From a virus: DNA of 64,000 nucleotides. The stretch's first letter is position 1, and each line of letters opens with the position of its first letter. Below, one piece after another: positions 47,819 through 56,581 of the stretch. Below the pieces are notes generated by a model that did not search any database, was not told the DNA's origin, and saw nothing but the letters and a program-made list of their open reading frames with translations. Location: positions 1-64,000 of the IMG/VR virus record IMGVR_UViG_3300044612_001159, one strand, 5' to 3'. Position numbers and translations under genes: made by a program.

Positions 47819-48764
47819 CTTGACTATTTTTTACAACGAATGCGTAAAAAATAAAAATGTTTGGAAAATAGAAAATGTTTTTTCAGATACAGAATTAAAA
47901 AACATTTATGAAAAAGTTAATCAAAAAAGAAACGAGTTTGATGAAAATTTTGTTTTTCATGGAGACTCTAGCCTAGAAGATGTAAGCGGAATAGGACCAG
48001 ATCCAGACCTTGGCAGGTTTAGAATTGGAAGAATAGAAATAACACAAGAAGTTTTTAAAAAAATAAACGATTTATTAAAAGATAAAACAAATAAAAATTT
48101 AAAACTAAGCGGTATAAGTTGTGTTGAATACAGCAATGAATACGGGGATCCAAATTTACCACCACACTTCGATTCTTGCGAAACAGATTTAATTATAAAC
48201 TTTCAATTACAATCTAATACCGAATGGGAGTTAGGATTAAATTTAGAAGTTTATAAACTCGAAGACAATTCAGCATTAATTTTTAATCCTAATGAAATAA
48301 TTCACTGGAGGCCTTTTAAAAAATTTAAAGATCAAGAGTTTGTCAAGATGATTTTTTTTAGATTTACAGATTACAAAACAGACAATAGTCATTTAATGCT
48401 AAGTCAAGACGACGAAATTTTTAGCGAAGTTCTTAAATATAGAATGAGTTTGTGTCATAACTTACAAGACTGTGACTGCTTTTGTGATGATTGCAAAAAG
48501 GCACAAAAAAATATTATAGATAAAATTATTGAAGAGTATAGAACTTGTCCAAATATAGTTCAATCAGAAGACAGACTATTTTGTTATACATGGTGGAGAC
48601 ATGACGATTGTGAAAGAATTAGAGAGTTGTTGTATAGGATTACTAAAAATCGTTTATATACCCTGCCAGAAATAAGACCATCAGTTAGTACTGCCATAGA
48701 AGAAATGATTAATGATCCAGATACCGCAGAAATATTACGAAGACTTGAAGACAGCGGTATTTGA
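47811..48764 (+). CDS. 2OG-Fe(II) oxygenase-like protein with Cys-rich C-terminal extension
   Basis: LPPHFD, HWRP, MIFFRF. Confidence 0.65.
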   Translation: MYDLTIFYNECVKNKNVWKIENVFSDTELKNIYEKVNQKRNEFDENFVFHGDSSLEDVSGIGPDPDLGRFRIGRIEITQEVFKKINDLLKDKTNKNLKLSGISCVEYSNEYGDPNLPPHFDSCETDLIINFQLQSNTEWELGLNLEVYKLEDNSALIFNPNEIIHWRPFKKFKDQEFVKMIFFRFTDYKTDNSHLMLSQDDEIFSEVLKYRMSLCHNLQDCDCFCDDCKKAQKNIIDKIIEEYRTCPNIVQSEDRLFCYTWWRHDDCERIRELLYRITKNRLYTLPEIRPSVSTAIEEMINDPDTAEILRRLEDSGI

Positions 48765-48797
48765 CAAGCAGTACAATACAAACTATAATTAAATAAT

Positions 48798-48874
48798 GGA
48801 GCAGTAGCCAAGTTGGTCAAGGCCCCGAACTCATAATTCGGCTATCGTAGGTTCAAGTCCTACCTGCTCTACCA
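48798..48874 (+). tRNA. tRNA-CAT (elongator Met or Ile2), CCA encoded
   Basis: CCGAA-CTCATAA-TTCGG arm; lacks the initiator GGG/CCC pairs. Confidence 0.85.
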
Positions 48875-48875
48875 T

Positions 48876-48948
48876 GTCTCCATCGTCTAGTGGCCTAGGA
48901 CTCTGCCCTTTCACGGCAGCAACACGGATTCGAATTCCGTTGGAGATA
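48876..48948 (+). tRNA. tRNA-Glu(TTC)
   Basis: CTGCC-CTTTCAC-GGCAG; cloverleaf. Confidence 0.9.
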
Positions 48949-48952
48949 CAAT

Positions 48953-49024
48953 ACCTCTGTAACTCAGCGGAAGAGTAGCGGACTTCTAATCCGTTTGTCG
49001 CAGGTTCGATTCCTGCCAGGGGTG
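48953..49024 (+). tRNA. tRNA-Arg(TCT)
   Basis: GCGGA-CTTCTAA-TCCGT; GGTTCGATTCC. Confidence 0.9.
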
Positions 49025-49046
49025 CTATAATAGTTTTGGAGGAATA

Positions 49047-49805
49047 ATGATTATACAAATTATAGGTTTGCCTGGATCTGGCAAGACTGCATTAGCGACG
49101 GCACTTAAAGAAAGAATTAATGCCATACATCTTAATGCTGATGAGGTAAGGTCTACAGTTAATTCTGATCTTGGTTTTACCGCCGAAGATAGGATTGAGC
49201 AGGCTCGTCGCATGGGAGAGATGGCAAGGTTAATTGCAAATCAAGGTGTTGCTCCTGTCATTGTTGACTTTGTTTGTCCTACTAATGAAACTAGAGAAGC
49301 CTTTGGTCCAGCAGATGTTGTTGTTTGGGTAGATAGAGTTAAGCAGGGCAGGTTTGAAGATACAAACAAAATGTGGCAAGACCCAGAAAGATTTGATATC
49401 AGAATTCTAGACGGATACACATTAGATCAGGAAGTAGACACTGTAATACAGGCTGGTGCCTTGTTTGATTGGTCTGCCCCAACAACTCTTCAGTTAGGAA
49501 GATATCAGCCTTGGCATGAAGGGCATCAGGCTCTCAAAGAAGAGGCTCACAAAAGAACTAAGCAGGTATTAGTAGGTGTTCGCAATACATACAAGACATC
49601 AGAAAAGGATCCATTGAAGTATGATGAGGTTGCAACATATATTCAGCAAGATAATCCATTTAAGGATACATTAGTATTACGACTGCCAAATATTACAAAT
49701 ATTGTTTATGGTCGTGATGTAGGCTATAAGATTGAACAAGTAGATTTGGGAGCAAACATTCATGCTATATCGGCTACGCAAAAGCGTAAAGAAATGGGCA
49801 TCTAA
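49047..49805 (+). CDS. cysC: adenylylsulfate kinase fused to a HxGH nucleotidyltransferase domain
   Basis: GLPGSGKT, L.AD.VR...DLGF..EDR....RR; GRYQPWHEGH. Confidence 0.75.
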   Translation: MIIQIIGLPGSGKTALATALKERINAIHLNADEVRSTVNSDLGFTAEDRIEQARRMGEMARLIANQGVAPVIVDFVCPTNETREAFGPADVVVWVDRVKQGRFEDTNKMWQDPERFDIRILDGYTLDQEVDTVIQAGALFDWSAPTTLQLGRYQPWHEGHQALKEEAHKRTKQVLVGVRNTYKTSEKDPLKYDEVATYIQQDNPFKDTLVLRLPNITNIVYGRDVGYKIEQVDLGANIHAISATQKRKEMGI

Positions 49806-49847
49806 AATATTAGATAAAATAGGCAATGATAAAATTGAGTGGCCTTC

Positions 49848-50051
49848 GTGAAAGTAACTAGGGCAAGATCATTTGTTAAGGCACTAAGTTACCGCATATG
49901 GGGAACTCTTTCTTCATTTGTTGTTGCCTTTGTGATTACAAAAAATGCTACAATATCAGGAGCAATCGCTTTTTGGGAAACAGTAATTAAAGTATTTATC
50001 TACTATGCCCATGAGCGTGGCTGGAACTATATACAGTGGGGGAGAAGGTAG
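49848..50051 (+). CDS. DUF2061 membrane protein
   Basis: RS.VKA.SYR...YY.HER.W. Confidence 0.75.
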   Translation: MKVTRARSFVKALSYRIWGTLSSFVVAFVITKNATISGAIAFWETVIKVFIYYAHERGWNYIQWGRR

Positions 50052-50095
50052 TTTTTCTGATCTAATCAGAAACAAAACTATGGTATCATATCCAT

Positions 50096-50779
50096 ATGGA
50101 AAAAATATATCTAGATGAAGATAAACAGGTTTGGGTCATTGAAGACTTTTTAACAAAAGAAGAACTAGAATGGTTCAAAACACAAACAGACGATGAACTT
50201 GGCTGGTATCCAACAATGAGGTCGCCTTATAAAAATATACTAAATAAATTTTTAAATGTTGTTCCTAAATATGATGAAAACGGAAATATAGAATTTCCAA
50301 ATGAAGCATCTGAGGTTATAGACCTTCCAGTATTTACAAGACCAAATGGCGTATGGCAAAGACTTGAGTCTGTTCTTCCTCCATCATACCGCAGACATGC
50401 CACACTTCAAAGTTTTAAATATATGACAGATGATCAAATAAAAGAAAATTTAAATATGGATATAATAAATTCATATAACATAGATGATAAAAATATAGAC
50501 TTTGCTATGTATTGGCATGAAGATCCAGGCCATGAGCAAAATATTGTATGCTCCTTTAGTTTGTATCTTAATGATGATTACGAGGGCGGAGAATTAGAGT
50601 TTGCTGAAGTTCCGATTAAGTTAAAGCCAAAGGCTGGAACGCTTGCCGTAATTCCTGGAGGACATAAATATAGGCACAGAGTTAATAAAGTGTTAGGCCC
50701 AAATTCAAGACATACTCTTTACGGAAACTCTTATATAGACCCCTCAATAGTTGTTGCAAGCACAAAGGATGACTGTTAA
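50096..50779 (+). CDS. 2OG-Fe(II) oxygenase, DC-ending subfamily
   Basis: HED, YLNDDYEGGELEF, HRV. Confidence 0.85.
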   Translation: MEKIYLDEDKQVWVIEDFLTKEELEWFKTQTDDELGWYPTMRSPYKNILNKFLNVVPKYDENGNIEFPNEASEVIDLPVFTRPNGVWQRLESVLPPSYRRHATLQSFKYMTDDQIKENLNMDIINSYNIDDKNIDFAMYWHEDPGHEQNIVCSFSLYLNDDYEGGELEFAEVPIKLKPKAGTLAVIPGGHKYRHRVNKVLGPNSRHTLYGNSYIDPSIVVASTKDDC

Positions 50780-50782
50780 ATT

Positions 50783-51490
50783 ATGGAAAAAGTATATTTA
50801 GATGAAGGCCTATGGTATATAGAAAACTTTTTAAAAGAAAATGAATTGTTTTTGTTAAAAAAATATTGTGATGATCCAAACCATTGGTACACGACTATGC
50901 GTTCTCCATATAAGAACATATTAAACAAATGGCCTATGAGTGAACCTAGATATGATGAAGATGGCACACTTGCAATTCCAAACCAAGATGATCCAGTTAT
51001 AGAAGAAGTTTTTAATATTTTTAGCGGCCCAGAAGGGATATTTGAAAGACTGAGATCTGTGCTTCCAGAAGGATACGCACCAAACAGCGGGATTCAAACA
51101 TTCAAATATTGTACAGACGAAGAAATAAAAAGAGATAGAGACGAAAGTATGTCTCTTGGCAATGCAGAAATGTTTGCAGTTAGATCTAATCCCGATAGCG
51201 CAGAAGATATTGACTATGCTATGGATTGGCACTGGGAAGATACAGGTGCTACTGGTAGTAGGATTGCATCACACTCAATATACTTGAATGATGACTTTGA
51301 AGGTGGCTACATAGAATTTAAAAAAGGCTATATAGTAAAGCCAAAGGCTGGCATGTTAATAAATATTCCGATTGGCAAAGAATTTACCCACAGAGTAACA
51401 AAAGTTCTTGGACCAAACTCAAGGCACACGCTATACGGTCAGTGCTGGTCTGATAATAATATAGTACTTAGTACAAAAGACGATTGCTAA
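50783..51490 (+). CDS. 2OG-Fe(II) oxygenase, DC-ending subfamily
   Basis: HWE, YLNDDFEGG, HRV. Confidence 0.85.
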   Translation: MEKVYLDEGLWYIENFLKENELFLLKKYCDDPNHWYTTMRSPYKNILNKWPMSEPRYDEDGTLAIPNQDDPVIEEVFNIFSGPEGIFERLRSVLPEGYAPNSGIQTFKYCTDEEIKRDRDESMSLGNAEMFAVRSNPDSAEDIDYAMDWHWEDTGATGSRIASHSIYLNDDFEGGYIEFKKGYIVKPKAGMLINIPIGKEFTHRVTKVLGPNSRHTLYGQCWSDNNIVLSTKDDC

Positions 51491-51531
51491 AAGGGTGCTA
51501 TAATAATCTCATAACCTATAGGAGGTAATCG

Positions 51532-52335
51532 ATGAAATCTATATATGATATCGAATTGGAGTCTGCTGAAGGAGAATCACACTTCTTGCAGCAATTTAAA
51601 GGCAAAGCAGTATTGCTTATCAACACAACAGTTGGTTGTGGAAACGCTGGTCAAATGGAGTCTATTCAGTGGATTCAAGAAGATCTTGCTGGAGATGACT
51701 TTACTGTTGTTGCAATTCCAACAAATGACTTCTGTGGTCCTAGCATTACAAAAGGAAAGTGGTCAAAAGGTATCACTTGTGGTTTAGACTCAAAGAATTA
51801 CGGAATAGATGTGTATGGTGTTACATTCCCATTCTCAGAAATGATTACATCTAATCCCGCAGATATTCCACTAGAAGCCCCTTGGCTTGGTAAAGGTCCA
51901 GGACTTAACGGAAATGGTCAACCATTTGGAGAAAGACATGAACTTTATCTAGAAGTTTCAAGACAAATTTTGGAAATAATGAATAAGAAAAAAGAACTTG
52001 GTATAGTTGAAAAAACAGATTATGAGTCAAGATATTTAAACGAACATAATGGCGGATTCATGATGAATGCTAACTTTGAAAAATATCTAATTGATAAAGA
52101 TGGATATGTGGTTAAGCATTATCCTGCTACAACATTGAACTGGGATGTTGAGCGCACACTCAAAGAAGATCTAATAGCAAAAGGACAAGATCCAAAAATG
52201 GGTCCAGATAGATCTGAATACATTTTCAATGAGGAAAATGCTGTTATCCGTGACCATATCGAAAGATTGATGGCTGGAGAAAAATCAATCATTAATCCAG
52301 CATATGTCGATGCAGACGAACTAGTTGCTGTTTAA
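51532..52335 (+). CDS. glutathione peroxidase-family protein with insertions
   Basis: GK.VL.IN....CG, V.AIPTNDF, NFEKYLIDKDG. Confidence 0.75.
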   Translation: MKSIYDIELESAEGESHFLQQFKGKAVLLINTTVGCGNAGQMESIQWIQEDLAGDDFTVVAIPTNDFCGPSITKGKWSKGITCGLDSKNYGIDVYGVTFPFSEMITSNPADIPLEAPWLGKGPGLNGNGQPFGERHELYLEVSRQILEIMNKKKELGIVEKTDYESRYLNEHNGGFMMNANFEKYLIDKDGYVVKHYPATTLNWDVERTLKEDLIAKGQDPKMGPDRSEYIFNEENAVIRDHIERLMAGEKSIINPAYVDADELVAV

Positions 52336-52405
52336 TAAATTAGTTATTAATAAAAACTATTCTCTCCTATGATATACTTAGTATAGAACATAGGAGAGAA
52401 TTTTT

Positions 52406-52840
52406 ATGAACATATATGATTTATCATTTATAGACAACAATAAAAATGTTGTAGAATTAAAAAACTTTAAGGATAAAAATATTCTTATTGTAAACACAGC
52501 AAGCAAATGTGGATACACCTCACAATATGCAGACTTGCAAAAGGCACAAAGTGATTCGCTAGTCGTTATTGGATTTCCTTGTAATCAGTTTGGCAACCAA
52601 GAGCCAGACTCCAATGAAGTTATTAAACAATTTTGTACAACTAACTTCGGAGTAACATTTCCCATCTCTGAAAAAATAGAAGTAAATGGTCCAAATGCAC
52701 ACCCAATATATAAATACTGTAAAGATCAGGCTACTGAAGGTAGGGACATTGGCTGGAATTTTGAAAAATTTTTAGTGTCTACTGATGGGTCTATTAGACA
52801 TTATCCTAGTTCATATAAAGTATCCGATATTGCAGTATAG
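52406..52840 (+). CDS. glutathione peroxidase
   Basis: NTASKCGYT.QY, GFPCNQFG.QEP, WNFEKFLV. Confidence 0.9.
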   Translation: MNIYDLSFIDNNKNVVELKNFKDKNILIVNTASKCGYTSQYADLQKAQSDSLVVIGFPCNQFGNQEPDSNEVIKQFCTTNFGVTFPISEKIEVNGPNAHPIYKYCKDQATEGRDIGWNFEKFLVSTDGSIRHYPSSYKVSDIAV

Positions 52841-52962
52841 CCCCTATAATGCTATAATAGTAGTAAGGGTGTAGTTAGCCTATATTTGTCGGGAAACACT
52901 TATAGCCTATGTTGCAACACTACACCCCCTATTTTTGATCAAACATAAAAGAAAGAGATATA

Positions 52963-53535
52963 ATGAAAACAATTGGATATAAATTAAATCCGTTTCGCAT
53001 TGTTGGTGTAAAGCCAGGAAGACTAGATGGTGCTGATGATGTTTTTGAAACATTAAACGAGAAATGGTTTCCAGGAAAATGGAAAGTTCTTGTGTATTAC
53101 CCTAAAGATTTTACCTTTGTGTGTCCCACAGAAATTGTTGCTTATGACAAACTTGTAAATGATTTTAATGATCGTGATGCAGTATTACTGACAGGATCAA
53201 CAGATAATGAATTCTGTAAGGTTGCGTGGCGCAATGCCCATGAAGATCTGAAGAAAACCAACTCGTGGTCTTTTGCTGACCAGGTTCGCAATTGGCAATA
53301 TAATGGAGATGATGAAGGGTACACTGGTTTAGCAGAACAACTTGGAGTTCTCAATGAAGACGGAGTTGCCCTTCGTGCAACCTTTATTATTGATCCAGAC
53401 AATATTATTCAGCATGTTACAGTCAACAATCTAAATGTTGGTCGTAGTCCTGAAGAAACATTGCGTATTCTTGATGCTCTTCAAACAGGAGAACTCTGTG
53501 CTTGCAATAGAAGTCTCGGTGGAGAAACCTTGTGA
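52963..53535 (+). CDS. ahpC: alkyl hydroperoxide reductase C (peroxiredoxin)
   Basis: YPKDFTFVCPTE, STDNEF, ELCACN. Confidence 0.9.
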   Translation: MKTIGYKLNPFRIVGVKPGRLDGADDVFETLNEKWFPGKWKVLVYYPKDFTFVCPTEIVAYDKLVNDFNDRDAVLLTGSTDNEFCKVAWRNAHEDLKKTNSWSFADQVRNWQYNGDDEGYTGLAEQLGVLNEDGVALRATFIIDPDNIIQHVTVNNLNVGRSPEETLRILDALQTGELCACNRSLGGETL

Positions 53536-54044
53536 GTTGGGTAGACGAAGTAAAGGAAATTGTTCCTGAGTATGCTAAAGATATTAAATTAAATCTTGAT
53601 GCTGTAATCAACAGAAGTGCTTTTGATTACGATTATTCTTCATCTCTCGCACTTGCAGCAGCCCTTGCAACAGGTAATCAGGACATTGTCGCTATGGTTT
53701 CTGCTGGTGTTACAGATGAGGTAGAAAAAAATGCAGCCTTTACTGCAGCAGCATTGATGGCACAGAATAATGTTTGGTATCCATATACAGAGATGGCAGA
53801 TGATCCTAATTTAACTGGATTGCCTGCACAACTTAGAATGAATGCCATAGCGTCTCACGGTGGTACAACAAAAGATAAGTTTGAAGCATATGCATTAATA
53901 GCATCAATTATTGGTAAGTGTCATTTTTGTGTTAAGGCTCACTACGAGACCTTAAAGAAAGAAGGATACACAACTGAACAACTTCGTGATATTGGGAGAA
54001 TTGCTGCAACGATTAATGCTATTGCTAAAGTCGTAGTAGCGTAA
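53532..54044 (+). CDS. ahpD: alkyl hydroperoxidase D
   Basis: PEYAKD.KLNL, M..NNV.Y, LRMN, C..C...H. Confidence 0.85.
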   Translation: MSWVDEVKEIVPEYAKDIKLNLDAVINRSAFDYDYSSSLALAAALATGNQDIVAMVSAGVTDEVEKNAAFTAAALMAQNNVWYPYTEMADDPNLTGLPAQLRMNAIASHGGTTKDKFEAYALIASIIGKCHFCVKAHYETLKKEGYTTEQLRDIGRIAATINAIAKVVVA

Positions 54045-54050
54045 TGGATT

Positions 54051-54122
54051 GCCTCCTTAACTCAGGGGTAGAGTACCCGCCTTGTAAGCGGGTTGTCGTA
54101 GGTTCAAATCCTACAGGAGGCT
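54051..54122 (+). tRNA. tRNA-Thr(TGT)
   Basis: CCCGC-CTTGTAA-GCGGG; GCCTCCT/AGGAGGC. Confidence 0.9.
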
Positions 54123-54269
54123 CAAATGAATTTAGAAAATGAAATAAAAGACATATTATTTGAAATTGGCAAGGAAATAAAAGTTCACAAACTAATAGAT
54201 GGTAATCTTATTATTGAAATAGATTATGATAAATACACAATTCAAATTATGGAACTAATAAAAGATTAT

Positions 54270-54521
54270 TTAACCAAACATTGATTTTAATTTAAATTCA
54301 GATACAACACCAGAAACACGATCATAGATTTTGCCGTCAATTTTTGATATTAAAGTTGGAACTGACTGGACATTATATTGCTCGGCCTTATAAAATTCTG
54401 TATCAACATCAACCTTATCGTAATGAATATCTGTATTATTTTTTAAAAACTCATCTATAACTGGTGCCATTCTTTTGCATGGATTACACCATTCTGCTGT
54501 AAAATGTATTAGTTCTTTCAT
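54270..54521 (-). CDS. thioredoxin
   Basis: WCNPC, VPT. Confidence 0.85.
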   Translation of the reverse strand: MKELIHFTAEWCNPCKRMAPVIDEFLKNNTDIHYDKVDVDTEFYKAEQYNVQSVPTLISKIDGKIYDRVSGVVSEFKLKSMFG

Positions 54522-54660
54522 TACTTATCTTTCTTGTTATACTCGCCGTACTTACCAAGAACTGCTTTAACTGTCCCGTCTTTTCTCAAACGCACTATCA
54601 TGCCATCTTTAATCTGTATTGGATTAAAGGGGTGCTTTGTTTTATATTTACCAGATGACA

Positions 54661-55323
54661 TTATTTTCTCTTTCTATCAAAAGCAGATCCTTCCCAAATT
54701 GTTTTCTCAACTGGAATACAATTAGGAACCATTTTGCCATTTTGTTCTTTCATACCACGCTGAACATATCCATCCCAACATGGTGCTTGTTTGTTTACAC
54801 TAGCACAGCAATCTGATTTCATTTCTCCAGATTGACATTGAGGACATTGCTCACATGTTACATTTAATTCTTTACACATTGGACATCCACATCCTTCATA
54901 TGCTTTGTCCATTCCCACATTTGACTCTAATGAAGGCATAGCCATTACTTCTGATGCTTTTGCTCCAACAAAATATTCAGTCTCTTCAAGACCGCCCTCT
55001 TCCATTTCAAATAATTGTATTAGTATGGCAGGATCTTCTGCACTTGCTTCTAGAGCATACTCTGATCCTGGGGTTCCAAGCATACCTTCTGTCATTACAT
55101 GAACAACACGACCAACATACATTTCTTCTTCATGTGGGGCCATTACCATGTCGCCCTCTTTGACCATAGCCTTGCCTATATTGCCCTCAGAACGGTTTAT
55201 AGCGTAGATCTGTGCTGCAGCCTCAGAACGAGTCTTATGGCACCCCATAACCTCTCCTGTGTCCTTTAAAGCAGGGTATCCAGAACAACCATTAGACCCC
55301 TTAGAACCTATACGATACGGCAT
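54661..55323 (-). CDS. conserved phage protein with Cys-rich motifs
   Basis: GCH.T...A.AQ; PCWDGY...GMK...GK.VPNC.P. Confidence 0.6.
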   Translation of the reverse strand: MPYRIGSKGSNGCSGYPALKDTGEVMGCHKTRSEAAAQIYAINRSEGNIGKAMVKEGDMVMAPHEEEMYVGRVVHVMTEGMLGTPGSEYALEASAEDPAILIQLFEMEEGGLEETEYFVGAKASEVMAMPSLESNVGMDKAYEGCGCPMCKELNVTCEQCPQCQSGEMKSDCCASVNKQAPCWDGYVQRGMKEQNGKMVPNCIPVEKTIWEGSAFDRKRK

Positions 55324-55346
55324 AAAACTATTATAGCATAGAGTAT

Positions 55347-55373
55347 GAGCAGTTTATACACATGCTCAGGTGT
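55347..55373 (-). ncRNA. H-type pseudoknot element (copy F)
   Basis: ACAC-CT-GAGCA-T-GTGT-ATAAAC-TGCTC. Confidence 0.7.
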
Positions 55374-55389
55374 TTGATAGTATTATTAC

Positions 55390-55809
55390 TTACTTGATTT
55401 TGATTGTTTTTGGTTTCTTTTCTTCGGGGATGTTTCTCTCCACAAAGACGCTAAGAATACCGTCTGCCATTTCAGCACGATCTACCTCCATATACTCTCC
55501 AAGAGCAAAGGTGCGTGTGAACTTTCTGGTTGCGATACCCTTATGCAGGACATTACTTGCGTCCTCTTCGGCTTTCTCACCCTTTACAATAAGACTTCCA
55601 TTATCCACAGAAACCTCTACCTCATCTTTGCTGAAGCCAGCAATAGCCAGAGATAGTTTGTAAGTATCTTCATCAATCTTCACCACATCATATGGTGGAT
55701 ACGATTGACGAGTTGCCTCACGATGGATATTATAGAAGCGGTCCAACTCTCTGTTGAAACCAATAAAAAATGGATCCTTAAAAAGATCCAATGACCATGA
55801 ACTTACCAT
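55390..55809 (-). CDS. small heat-shock protein Hsp20 (IbpA-like)
   Basis: YPPYD, LA.AGF, L.KGIA.R.F.R.F.L, DG.L. Confidence 0.9.
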   Translation of the reverse strand: MVSSWSLDLFKDPFFIGFNRELDRFYNIHREATRQSYPPYDVVKIDEDTYKLSLAIAGFSKDEVEVSVDNGSLIVKGEKAEEDASNVLHKGIATRKFTRTFALGEYMEVDRAEMADGILSVFVERNIPEEKKPKTIKIK

Positions 55810-55863
55810 TATTTCCTCCTTGTTAAGCGAGTTCAATTTGTACCCCCCTTTGGGCAGGCACAA
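55810..55863 (-). promoter_or_regulatory. ROSE-like RNA thermometer candidate in the hsp20 5' UTR
   Basis: CUCGCUU can pair with the SD AAGGAG, leaving a bulged G; preceded by a second hairpin. Confidence 0.5.
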
Positions 55864-55927
55864 CTAAATTATAGCATAATAAAACAGGGATGTCAAGTAC
55901 CCATCCCTGTCCTATAAACAAATACTA

Positions 55928-56227
55928 TTAAAGCATTTGCTGTGGCTTTCCGCCACCGCCAGACTTCTTCTTTGCTGGAGCCTTCTTTGCAGGCTTCTTT
56001 ACAACCTTTGCAGACTTAACTGCAGCGTCTACATCTTCTACAGATGGTAGGCGACCAAACGCTGTGTCGTTTGGATTTGCTGCTCTCAATACTACTGGCA
56101 CAATTGCACCAAGCAATGAGTATGCTAGTGTCTGTGGATCAGTTACTCCAGAAGCATACATTGCTGTTGCTGCTCCAAGAACTGATCGACCATAAGACGC
56201 TAGTGCTGCCTTAATTTGTTCATTCAT
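55928..56227 (-). CDS. holin-like membrane protein with basic tail
   Basis: SY.RS, two hydrophobic segments, NP.D..FG. Confidence 0.5.
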   Translation of the reverse strand: MNEQIKAALASYGRSVLGAATAMYASGVTDPQTLAYSLLGAIVPVVLRAANPNDTAFGRLPSVEDVDAAVKSAKVVKKPAKKAPAKKKSGGGGKPQQML

Positions 56228-56237
56228 TTTTTTCCTC

Positions 56238-56423
56238 CTAGGATATGAACTTCGATATGGCTACCCAAACTGGTTGAGCAAGCCATAATCCAATTATACC
56301 AGCAACGCCAGCGAATACTGGAGGGGCTGGAATTGGAATCTTAACTGGGGATATTGCGCTTATTGATAGGATTATTAAGCCTAAAGTAAGGCCTACTGAT
56401 AGTGATAACAAGATTTCTTTCAT
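56238..56423 (-). CDS. XapX/DUF1427 small membrane protein
   Basis: PIPAPP..AG..GI.G. Confidence 0.7.
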   Translation of the reverse strand: MKEILLSLSVGLTLGLIILSISAISPVKIPIPAPPVFAGVAGIIGLWLAQPVWVAISKFIS

Positions 56424-56581
56424 TTATTCCCTCACATTTTGTAGTTGTGTATAATGGTTTAAACAAACATCTAGCACCCTTGTTTCTGTGCCAAACAGTT
56501 TTTCTCCGTCTTCTTTACAATTAAGAACATTACAGTGTCCAACTGGATCCAAAAATATTTGATCATAGGTTTTAAATTCTA

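Noticed and set aside
48831-49058. 75-aa minus-strand ORF
   Set aside because: Antisense to three tRNA genes.
55601-55609. Single TTATCCACA
   Set aside because: Unpaired and inside the hsp20 coding sequence; compatible with chance.
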